NCBI GenBank assembly: GCA_964518635.1
Contig: CAZFGK010000001.1
Span: forward strand, 71,085-135,084
DNA: 64,000 nucleotides
Direction of reading: 5' to 3'
Source: an uncultured Ignavibacteriales bacterium
GTDB lineage: Bacteria; Zixibacteria; MSB-5A5; GN15; FEB-12
Shown: positions 54,672 to 62,843 of the stretch, piece after piece
Layout of the letters: every line of letters starts with the position of its first letter
How positions within the stretch are numbered: the stretch's first letter is position 1
Program-made: the position numbers and the translations under genes
Notes under the pieces: model-generated
Seen by the model: only the letters and a program-made list of their open reading frames with translations
The model's database searches: none
Told to the model about the DNA's origin: nothing

Positions 54672-55328
54672 CTACTCCTTTTCTCCGGAACGATACAACA
54701 CTTCGAAGAGAAATTCCAGTCCTTCGAGGTGCCGCTGCGCCTCTGAGAGAGACTCCCCCCAGGTGTACAGTCCATGTCCGGCGAGAAGAAAACCGTGAAT
54801 CGGCGGCGATTGTTTCAGCCGTAGACGAACTTCTTCCGCCAGCGGGACCATCTCCTGATTGTTCGGAAAGATCGGAACGGACTCTCGATGGTGATGAGTG
54901 CCGACACCGGAGAGTGCCTTGAGCATCTCAAACCCCTCGATGACAATCTCGCCGCGTGATTCATGCTTTCGGGAGAGAATGGTATTGGGGACGGTATGAA
55001 CATGCAGCACCGCTCCGACGTTCGGGAGTTCGGTATAGAGGGTCGAATGGAGAAGAAATTCGGCGGAGGGTTCTCCTGAACCTGAAAGTAGATTGCCATT
55101 GGCATCAAGTTCAATCAATTGTTCAGGTGCTACATTCCCTTTGTCGATTCCGGACGGGGTCATCAGCACTCTCAAAGGGGTAGCACTCAGTCTGCAACTG
55201 AAGTTTCCGGAGGTCCCCCGACACCAGCCGCGGGAGGCAAGGAGCGAGATGACGGAACAGAGTTCATTTGAGAGGTCAGCCATTATCGAATGATAGGGAT
55301 TCCCGAGGACTGAAAGCAACTTTTTCAA
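54672..55328 (-). CDS. mtnB: Methylthioribulose-1-phosphate dehydratase (class II aldolase/adducin fold)
   Basis: RGWCRGTSGNFS, PSAEFLLHSTLY, GAVLHVHT and LLAGHGLYTWGESLSEA. The track start is TTG at 55328. An alternative is the ATG at 55283 (MADLSNEL). Confidence 0.85.
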   Translation of the reverse strand: MKKLLSVLGNPYHSIMADLSNELCSVISLLASRGWCRGTSGNFSCRLSATPLRVLMTPSGIDKGNVAPEQLIELDANGNLLSGSGEPSAEFLLHSTLYTELPNVGAVLHVHTVPNTILSRKHESRGEIVIEGFEMLKALSGVGTHHHRESVPIFPNNQEMVPLAEEVRLRLKQSPPIHGFLLAGHGLYTWGESLSEAQRHLEGLEFLFEVLYRSGEKE

Positions 55329-55378
55329 CAGAACTCGATTACTTGCCTCCTACCCGATTCTTGGCGATCTTTTGAGTT

Positions 55379-57061
55379 GTGATCAGTGAGGTGGAATTGA
55401 ACTCAAGACCAGCGAACGAACGAATGCTCATCGTCATGGCAGTGCTGGTGCCGTTTATGATATTCGCTTTCAACACCCTCCCCCTTGATAACTGGATCAT
55501 CGACGATGCCGGTATCTCCTTCGCGTATGCACGCAATCTAGCATCTGGACATGGACTGGTCTCGCAGCCGGGGATGCAACCGGTCGAAGGATATTCCAAT
55601 CCCTTATGGGTCTTTCTTCTCGTTCCATTTTTCTGGTTCAAGCTTTTCGATCCGGTTATTACCCCAAAACTCCTCGGTCTGGCTCTCGTCCTGACAGGAT
55701 TTTTTGGAATTGCCTCAGTTTTTCGAAAACTCGTTCGTAATCCTGCATTCCCTACTGCAATGGTTTTGATTCTACTGGCATTCAATGCCCCCATGCTGAT
55801 CTGGACATCTTCTGGTCTTGAGAATGCGCTCACCTTTGCGCTGGGGATGTGGCTGCTTGCCTGTTGCATGAACATCAGTCGAGGACATGTTTCAACTTTA
55901 GTGCACGTCTGGACGGGGCTGATTGTGGCAGGCGTGGCGTTGACTCGACCGGAGGGGATCGTCTATCTCCTTTTGTATATTGCCGCAACACTGCTTGGGA
56001 AGCAGCAGGAGGATCGATGGTCGTCAACGATCCGACAATTATCTGTCGGGCTGGGAGTCATTCTGCTTCTCGCTGGCGGACATCAGATTTTTCGTATGCT
56101 CTACTATGGCGACATCCTTCCGAATCCTGCCTATGTGAAAGGAACGCCGGGATTCAGCGAGCTTCTTGCCCTCCTGAGTTTTCATGAGAGCTATCTGCTC
56201 AAGTATCGTGATTTGTGTGCATCGGTTTTTGGAATCCGGTGGTGGCTGGTTCCTGACATTATCCTGCTCGGATCAGGAATAGTGCTAACTCTCCTTGTGA
56301 TTCAGAAGCGACTCGCTGTCGACCGACTGATTCCCCTGCTCATGACAGTACTTGCAGCCGGATTGTATCTGATACTCACACCCGACTGGATGCGTGAATT
56401 TCGATTTGCGACACTCTATTATCCGACCGCGATTATCTCACTGGTGATTGTGTCAGATCTGATCATTGCAAACATTCGGTGGCAGAGCGTGCGCACTGTA
56501 GCTGCCGTACTTCTCACCGTCGCTGCACTGGCGACTACACGCCTTGAACATCTTCCGAGGATGGAGGCGTTTTCGGCTGCGCCGACCATATCAATGGCTC
56601 AGGTCAAATCGCGCTATGTTGACCGATTCAATCAGTACGCCGCCTATCTGCGTCTCGATTCAGTTTCACAGCTGCTTCCCGACCTCGGAGGGACGCTCTA
56701 TTATTCCGATTTCAAAACCTATGATCTGGCTGGTTTGTGCGATCGTTCAATCGCACTCCATCGTCGAGTTGATCAACTCCAGTTCTATAATTATATCTTT
56801 GATACAATCAAGCCGACCATCATTCACAGCTTTGCGTTCTTCTCTGCCGAATCACGATTCGACCAGGATCCTCGTTTTTTGCGCGACTATGTGCCGATAC
56901 GCGACTCATTGGAAGCGTATTACCGAGATTCGGTACGTGCTGGAACGTATCTGCGGAGGGATGCGATCGTGGGCATGGACTCACTGCTTGCTATCCTTCA
57001 GCGAGGAGAACAACCGTGGACACAACCGTCACCACTGGAATCTTCCCCTTCAGTCAAATAA
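55379..57061 (+). CDS. GT-C-fold polytopic membrane glycosyltransferase-like protein (Emb/Aft-like DD motif)
   Basis: About 12 TM segments. The first loop carries IIDDAGISFAYARNLASGHGLV. GTG start, with an alternative at Met-16. Confidence 0.7.
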   Translation: MISEVELNSRPANERMLIVMAVLVPFMIFAFNTLPLDNWIIDDAGISFAYARNLASGHGLVSQPGMQPVEGYSNPLWVFLLVPFFWFKLFDPVITPKLLGLALVLTGFFGIASVFRKLVRNPAFPTAMVLILLAFNAPMLIWTSSGLENALTFALGMWLLACCMNISRGHVSTLVHVWTGLIVAGVALTRPEGIVYLLLYIAATLLGKQQEDRWSSTIRQLSVGLGVILLLAGGHQIFRMLYYGDILPNPAYVKGTPGFSELLALLSFHESYLLKYRDLCASVFGIRWWLVPDIILLGSGIVLTLLVIQKRLAVDRLIPLLMTVLAAGLYLILTPDWMREFRFATLYYPTAIISLVIVSDLIIANIRWQSVRTVAAVLLTVAALATTRLEHLPRMEAFSAAPTISMAQVKSRYVDRFNQYAAYLRLDSVSQLLPDLGGTLYYSDFKTYDLAGLCDRSIALHRRVDQLQFYNYIFDTIKPTIIHSFAFFSAESRFDQDPRFLRDYVPIRDSLEAYYRDSVRAGTYLRRDAIVGMDSLLAILQRGEQPWTQPSPLESSPSVK

Positions 57062-58966
57062 GCGAATATGACCGAGTGCAAACTTGTCATCCCCGCTGCA
57101 TGGGATGACTTGAATCCGGTCGTAACCAGCGAGTGCCTCCACTGGAGTCGCAATGGTCGCATAGCGTAAACCACCTAACGCCTCGTAGCGTCGATCTCGA
57201 TAGACATGTGCTACTTCCCGACTGCCTCTGAACCAAACGACATAGAATTCGTCATCATGATCGATGCTGAGTTCCAGCCGCGTGGCGCGCCAGAGTGAAT
57301 CCAGCTCAATGATCACTCCCCCCTTTCGCATGCGTAGATTGCCGGGGTCGTCTCGAGGGGTGTTGCGAGGGCGTGGAGTGGAAATATCTGCGTAGTGCCG
57401 AACTACTGGCTCAAGACTGGCATACGCCTTTAGATCAGAATCGAAGTGTCCCAGATTGAAGAGGATGATAGTCTTCAGTCGCTCAATGCTCCAAAGATCG
57501 CCGCGGGTGAGAAGCCAGAGTTTATTGTAGTACCGGCTCAAATTGGAATCAGTCAGCTGGTTCACTCCACCGAGAGCGAGTGTTTCTCGGTATCCATCAG
57601 GGGCAGAGCGGACGAAATGTCCCACTCTCCAGCCACGGAGCCAATCAGTTGGCAGCCGTGAATAGAGTGGTTCTGAGAGTGCATACATGTCGACGACATT
57701 TACGCCGGGTCCAGCTTCCAGCCCGGAGAAACCGACACACCCTTCATAGAAGACACTATCTCCGCGTTCACGTGCCTCTTTCCCTCGCAATCCCCAATGG
57801 TGTAGAGGGGGAGTCGGATCGTCTAAACGAACCAGCAGGCCGGTTTCGCCATAATACCACCGTCGTTGGTCCCCTACGCCTACTGCGCGAGCATCAGCAC
57901 GTTCGTTCCCTGAGCCGTACTCTTTGTCAGACAGAATTGGGGGAAACGGACTCATGACCGCCAAGACGAGCACACTGACAACAATAGCCACACCCGCACG
58001 ACTCGGGATTAAGAGCGGAGAAGTCACAATAACAACCAGTGCCCCCACGAAAAGTGCGGTGAAGAAGCGACCGCTCATGAAATCGCCGCCGACTCGAGCG
58101 ATGTAGACGAGCGACAGGAGAATTCCCAACGGAATGACAAGGCGGTCACGTGACCGTTCTGCAAGAGCGAGCAGCACTCCTCCGAAAATGACGGCAAGAG
58201 TGATCGGGTCGCGATGAAAAGTATCCAGCATGTAATGCCAGCTGCGAACTACGAGATCAGCGGTGCTCACACCGGAATGTGTCTTCGCATAAAACGTATT
58301 CGGGAAGGGCATGCCGTAATACCAGAGGGCGAAAAGCTCCCAGACAATAAATGGCAGGAATCCAACGAGCCCTTGTATCAACGTACGTTTAATTGGCTGA
58401 TCAAAAGCAGCAAAGAGGAGCGCAGGGGCAACGAGCAGGACCGAATCCATGCGATTCACAAGAATGAGAGCAGTCCATAGGCAGAGCCAAAAGTACCGAC
58501 GCTCCCCTTTCTCTACCTTGAACCAGGAAATCCAGAAGCAGACCAGAAGAAAATGAGTGAGAGGATTTTCAAGCCCGCTGGTTGAATAATCGACGAAGGC
58601 ACGAGAACCAATGGCGATGATCATTACCGTCAGTATCTGCCATATGGAACGACCGAGTCGCATACAGAGAAGTACCAATGTTGCGGTGCTTAGAACTGCT
58701 CCCAGCGCGAGAGTAGTAAAATAGTATTCACGGGTCAGCGCCGAGAGCGGGATCATGATTAGTACCCAGAGGGAGTTGGTATAGACCCACACTCGCTCTG
58801 CTACATTCCAACGTAGACCGTAGCCGTTCAGGAAATTATCGACGACTCGAAAGGATATGTAAGCATCATCCCCGACCCATGCAGTGACGTAGAGTGTGTA
58901 GAGAAATACCAGGCATCCCAGAACGATGCAGACAAGTCTCACTGGTGACTTTGTGACAATATCCAC
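57050..58966 (-). CDS. GT-C-fold polytopic membrane glycosyltransferase-like protein with approximately 250-aa soluble C-terminal domain (paralogue of 55379..57061)
   Basis: VGDDAYISFRVVDNFLNGYGLRWN in the first loop. About 11 TM segments, then a hydrophilic domain. GTG start. The 3' end overlaps the convergent paralogue by 12 nt. Confidence 0.7.
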   Translation of the reverse strand: MDIVTKSPVRLVCIVLGCLVFLYTLYVTAWVGDDAYISFRVVDNFLNGYGLRWNVAERVWVYTNSLWVLIMIPLSALTREYYFTTLALGAVLSTATLVLLCMRLGRSIWQILTVMIIAIGSRAFVDYSTSGLENPLTHFLLVCFWISWFKVEKGERRYFWLCLWTALILVNRMDSVLLVAPALLFAAFDQPIKRTLIQGLVGFLPFIVWELFALWYYGMPFPNTFYAKTHSGVSTADLVVRSWHYMLDTFHRDPITLAVIFGGVLLALAERSRDRLVIPLGILLSLVYIARVGGDFMSGRFFTALFVGALVVIVTSPLLIPSRAGVAIVVSVLVLAVMSPFPPILSDKEYGSGNERADARAVGVGDQRRWYYGETGLLVRLDDPTPPLHHWGLRGKEARERGDSVFYEGCVGFSGLEAGPGVNVVDMYALSEPLYSRLPTDWLRGWRVGHFVRSAPDGYRETLALGGVNQLTDSNLSRYYNKLWLLTRGDLWSIERLKTIILFNLGHFDSDLKAYASLEPVVRHYADISTPRPRNTPRDDPGNLRMRKGGVIIELDSLWRATRLELSIDHDDEFYVVWFRGSREVAHVYRDRRYEALGGLRYATIATPVEALAGYDRIQVIPCSGDDKFALGHIRLFD

Positions 58967-59115
58967 ACCACTATACTACTATGATTAGAAATTGAACTCA
59001 AGACTTCAGCTACAAACACATAGTCGGCGAAGTGGGTATCACTTCGCCGACTCAGGAGGGCGCCAGGCTAAGAGAGGGAGGTTATCAGATATTATTCTTT
59101 TCGACTTTTTCCTTG

Positions 59116-60396
59116 CTAGAACGAGTGCTCAAGACCGACTCGCAGCATGATTGCTTTCAGTTCCGGAAAGAGATCAAGTTGCTTGAGATTCCCGAATGCT
59201 TCTTTCGGGTTATTGTCCCCCATTTGACGATATCCCTCGCCAGTGAAGCTCAATCGAGATCGTTCACTTACTGCAATGCTGTATGTCAGTCCATACGTGA
59301 CCGACATGAATTCAGCCAGACGACTGTCGGCAGAGACATAGGAGTCGAATGCTTGTCCGTCGATCAGGAATGGTTTGTAAAAATTTGCTGCAGTCTGAAA
59401 ATAACCACGCAGATGAGGTTCAATTGCAGCGGTCTTGCCGATTTTTACTCGGTAGTACAGATCACCGGTCACTGATTGTACTCCCCAGTCATCTCGAAAC
59501 CCGCGAGCAGAAACATCAAGGATCGAACCGGAAATATCGGTCTTCAACTGAATAAAAAGGGCATGTTTCATGCGCGTCGCCGGACGTTTTTCGTAAATAT
59601 CTGAAACCGGCTCTCCCGGATCGGTCGAATCCGGAGAACGAACCAGACTGACGACTTTGTACGGATCATTCAGATAGCCGGACGCATAGTTGATCGCATA
59701 GCTGCCACGAATGATGGTCCGGGAGCCAAGTTCACGCGAGAGACTGAAGAGTGCGTCATAGACCTGTTTGTTCAGATCCCCCTGCACGGGAATTTCATCA
59801 TTCGTTTCGCCGACGATGATCACCTCTGTCAGTGGGTACGGGTTCCCGCCGGGAGGTTTGCTGAGATCCCCGGAGTATCCCCCTCGAATTTCAAGGACCG
59901 TCCGCCCCCGATCAAATCCCTGCGCAATGCCGCCATTGATACCAAGCGAGAGATAATCCCGTTCAGATGAAAGATGCACTTCGGCAAGAAGATTCGCGAG
60001 TGGTGTCACTGGCATCGAGTAATGAGCATTGAGTCCCAGTCGACGCTCCTTGAAACGATCATTGGCAGGAATGGTGTTCGCCGGGACTTCTGTACGAAGC
60101 GAGCCGGAGGATCCTGTAACGGTCTGCGGATAGAGTGATGGCGCCGCACCAGTCGGTGAGGCACCTGTCATCGCATCATAGGTCAGACCAAATCCAAAGA
60201 CTGATTCATTTTTTTGCACCTGAGACCATTTGTAGGCAATAGCGCGGGCATTGATACGTTCATTTTCTGAATAGACGAGTAGCGACGTCTCTGATTTTCC
60301 ACCCTCAGCCTGCCCTGCTCCAGCACCAAGGACCGCGCAGGTGGCTCCCAGAATCGCCGTACGAATCGTCTGTTTCGGTTCTAGTTGCAGCCGCAT
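59116..60396 (-). CDS. Outer-membrane beta-barrel protein, DUF3570-like
   Basis: 426 aa. Signal peptide (TAILGATCAVLGAGAGQA). Alternating beta-strand pattern. C-terminal ...RVGLEHSF beta-signal. The DUF3570 assignment rests on size and its position directly after a DUF4266-like gene. Confidence 0.7.
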   Translation of the reverse strand: MRLQLEPKQTIRTAILGATCAVLGAGAGQAEGGKSETSLLVYSENERINARAIAYKWSQVQKNESVFGFGLTYDAMTGASPTGAAPSLYPQTVTGSSGSLRTEVPANTIPANDRFKERRLGLNAHYSMPVTPLANLLAEVHLSSERDYLSLGINGGIAQGFDRGRTVLEIRGGYSGDLSKPPGGNPYPLTEVIIVGETNDEIPVQGDLNKQVYDALFSLSRELGSRTIIRGSYAINYASGYLNDPYKVVSLVRSPDSTDPGEPVSDIYEKRPATRMKHALFIQLKTDISGSILDVSARGFRDDWGVQSVTGDLYYRVKIGKTAAIEPHLRGYFQTAANFYKPFLIDGQAFDSYVSADSRLAEFMSVTYGLTYSIAVSERSRLSFTGEGYRQMGDNNPKEAFGNLKQLDLFPELKAIMLRVGLEHSF

Positions 60397-60629
60397 CCGC
60401 CACCACCAAATCCGCGGCCACCACTCGAGGCCTCTTTTGAAAAGTAGATATGATCATCGAGCAATCGATCATTCGCCCGATAAGAAAACTGCATTTCCGG
60501 TTTCGACAGCGGGCCACCGGTACAGGCACGGTGTGATTTCATGCCACAACCGACGAAGCTCACCCCAAGAACGAAAAGAATGGCAAGGGGTACCGTCTTC
60601 CGGAGACAGTCGATGCGTTGCAGATTCAT
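60381..60629 (-). CDS. DUF4266-like small lipoprotein ending in GGGGCGCN
   Basis: 82 aa. Signal peptide with lipobox SFVG|C. The mature part LSKPEMQF...DDHIYFSKEASSGGRGFGGGGCGCN matches the DUF4266 pattern as I recall it. GGAGGG RBS. The start is placed at Met-23 (cat 60627-29). The 3' end overlaps the next gene by 16 nt. Confidence 0.75.
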   Translation of the reverse strand: MNLQRIDCLRKTVPLAILFVLGVSFVGCGMKSHRACTGGPLSKPEMQFSYRANDRLLDDHIYFSKEASSGGRGFGGGGCGCN

Positions 60630-60714
60630 AACTTGGTTCCTCTCTCCCTCCAGATGAAAACAAAGCAAAGACTCCCGTGCATCACGAGGATGCACGGGAG
60701 GAATTCAGCAAGTA

Positions 60715-61575
60715 CTAGAAATGGTAGCCAATACCAAGCTCAATGCGGGTGACCACATCGGGCTGGTTGATGACTTCATCCGCATCCTGATAGGTATAGT
60801 TCCGGATCGGATTGTCGTTGTCACCATTCGAACGGTAGAAGGTATCGTGACCATCGAGCGTTGATGAAAAGTAATAGTCAGCACCCACGGTAAGAATCAG
60901 ATCCACACGCTGGCTCATTGCAAATGAGGTTTCGAGACCACCACCGAGACCAAAGTGAGTTGAGGCAACATCAAAGGTTTCGGCTCCACCAATATACTCA
61001 AAGTACGCTTCGAAATCGTTATACCGACCACCGAAGAAGACATTTGAGCGTTCCAGTTTCATGAACTTGATCGGATAGAGCATATCAAGACGAATATCCC
61101 ATGATTCCCCACGCTTCCGAGGTTCACCATCCGGATTTTCGGCAATGAAGATTTCATGTGCCTGATAGGCATCACCAGGATCGATTGATGTACGCTCTAA
61201 ACCGACGCGAACTCCGAACGGAAAGCCAGTTGAGACCTGATTGAAGGTTCCACCTGCATAGAACGAAGCGCCACCTTTGTATCCGGTCGAAAGAACCCCG
61301 GTGAAGAGTCGCGGCTCACCCTGATAGGCCTGCGGACCACGTCCGCCACTCATCGGGGCCTGCACAGGTACGCTGGTCGGCACGCTTGCCGGTTTCGCGC
61401 TTTTCTGCGCTGCTTCATTGCTGGCGAGTTCAGCCGCCGGTTTCTTGGGCGTGGCTGGCTGTTTCTCTGCCGAGCTCTTCTTTGCGCTCTCTTCGGCGAG
61501 TACACTTGTACCTGCCAGAACGAACGCCGCGAGTGTCATTGCTGAGATCACTCGTTTGAAGTTGGTAGATCGCAT
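60715..61575 (-). CDS. Outer-membrane beta-barrel protein with Ala/Lys/Pro-rich N-terminal linker
   Basis: The start is placed at Met-85 (cat 61573-75) with an AAGGAGA RBS. Signal peptide MRSTNFKRVISAMTLAAFVLAGTSVLA. C-terminal ...ELGIGYHF beta-signal. Confidence 0.7.
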   Translation of the reverse strand: MRSTNFKRVISAMTLAAFVLAGTSVLAEESAKKSSAEKQPATPKKPAAELASNEAAQKSAKPASVPTSVPVQAPMSGGRGPQAYQGEPRLFTGVLSTGYKGGASFYAGGTFNQVSTGFPFGVRVGLERTSIDPGDAYQAHEIFIAENPDGEPRKRGESWDIRLDMLYPIKFMKLERSNVFFGGRYNDFEAYFEYIGGAETFDVASTHFGLGGGLETSFAMSQRVDLILTVGADYYFSSTLDGHDTFYRSNGDNDNPIRNYTYQDADEVINQPDVVTRIELGIGYHF

Positions 61576-61883
61576 ATGCACGTCTCCTTTCGCTGGACGC
61601 TGCCTTATTTCCTGTCGCGTCGTGTTTGTTTCAATGATAAGCGACGCTTCCCATGTCGTGACCGCGGCCCAGTCGGGGGCTTCGCGTACCCCTCTTGTTT
61701 CGACAGGATGAACCGGAAAGATGAGACGAAGTTGTGCAGTATTTTCGAACCACGTATGAGCGAGCAGTGTACAGGTCAAGTCGATGCCGCGAAACTGAAT
61801 CATGAGCGGATGAATCTCACTGTCCAATTATCATGCAGCACTACTCAGAAGAGTAGGGAGAAAACGACGGAAACTTGTTTGAA

Positions 61884-62843
61884 TTAGTTCGAGAGGAGAT
61901 GGCGTGCATATGCAGCTACGCCGGATTCAATACTCTCGAATTCATGCGAAAAACCAACGGAACGAAGGCGAGAAAGGTCTGCTTCGGTATGATACTGATA
62001 ACGTTCACGATACTGCTCGGGCATGCTGATATATTCGATTCGTGGTTCCTTGCCGAGGGCAGCGAAAAGGGCATGCGCAAGGGAGTTCCAGCTTCTTGCC
62101 GTCCCAGTACCACAATTATAGAGCCCCGTTATTGAGGGTTGATCAACGAAATAGAGTGTTTCATGTACCGCATCCTGCACCGATATGAAATCTCGAGTCT
62201 GTTCTCCATCGGCAATCCCATCTCGGAGTGATGCAAACAGACGAATCACCCCTTTTGTCAAGACAACATCAAATGCTTTGCGGATCAGAGAGCGCATCTC
62301 ACCTTTGTGCTCTTCCCCCTGCCCATAGACATTAAAATACTTGATACCGACAACCTGAGAAAAAAGTTCCTCGCTCACCAGCCATTGATCGAACTTCAAT
62401 TTCGACCAGCCGTAGGGATTGAGCGGTTTCAGTTCGAATGAGAGTTGTTCGTCATCTTTGTAGCCGAGGGAGCCATCTCCGTAAGTCGCTGCACTGGAGG
62501 CATAGATGAATCGTGACTTGCGCGCGAGCGCCCAAACACAAAGTTCTTTGCTGTAGGCGACATTATTGTCGGCAAGATATTGCTCGTCAGTTTCAAGAGT
62601 TGAGCTGCATGCACCAAGATGAATGACCACATCGGCTGGAGGGATCGATTGATCGCGGATCATCTGACGAAACGCTCTTTTATCCAGAAACTGACTGAAT
62701 TGAAGTGACGCAAGATTTGTATCTTTTGCGGGATGATTCTTATGATCAACGACGATAATATCCCGCTCCCCTCGTGCATTGAGTGCACGAATAGTGTTTG
62801 ATCCGATGAATCCGGCCCCGCCGGTGACGATATAAGAGGGCAT
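61884..62843 (-). CDS. hldD: ADP-L-glycero-D-manno-heptose 6-epimerase
   Basis: IVTGGAGFIGSN Rossmann motif. Collinear with RfaD/HldD (ASSAATYG, YGWSK catalytic YxxxK). The start abuts the symporter stop (TAGATG). Confidence 0.9.
   Translation of the reverse strand: MPSYIVTGGAGFIGSNTIRALNARGERDIIVVDHKNHPAKDTNLASLQFSQFLDKRAFRQMIRDQSIPPADVVIHLGACSSTLETDEQYLADNNVAYSKELCVWALARKSRFIYASSAATYGDGSLGYKDDEQLSFELKPLNPYGWSKLKFDQWLVSEELFSQVVGIKYFNVYGQGEEHKGEMRSLIRKAFDVVLTKGVIRLFASLRDGIADGEQTRDFISVQDAVHETLYFVDQPSITGLYNCGTGTARSWNSLAHALFAALGKEPRIEYISMPEQYRERYQYHTEADLSRLRSVGFSHEFESIESGVAAYARHLLSN

Noticed and set aside
54064-54798. 244-codon plus-strand ORF overlapping mtnD and mtnB, and the 178-codon ORF 55339..55875 antisense to the GT-C gene.
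   Set aside because: Both are fully antisense to genes with strong family motifs, and their translations are Arg/Pro/Ser-rich junk.
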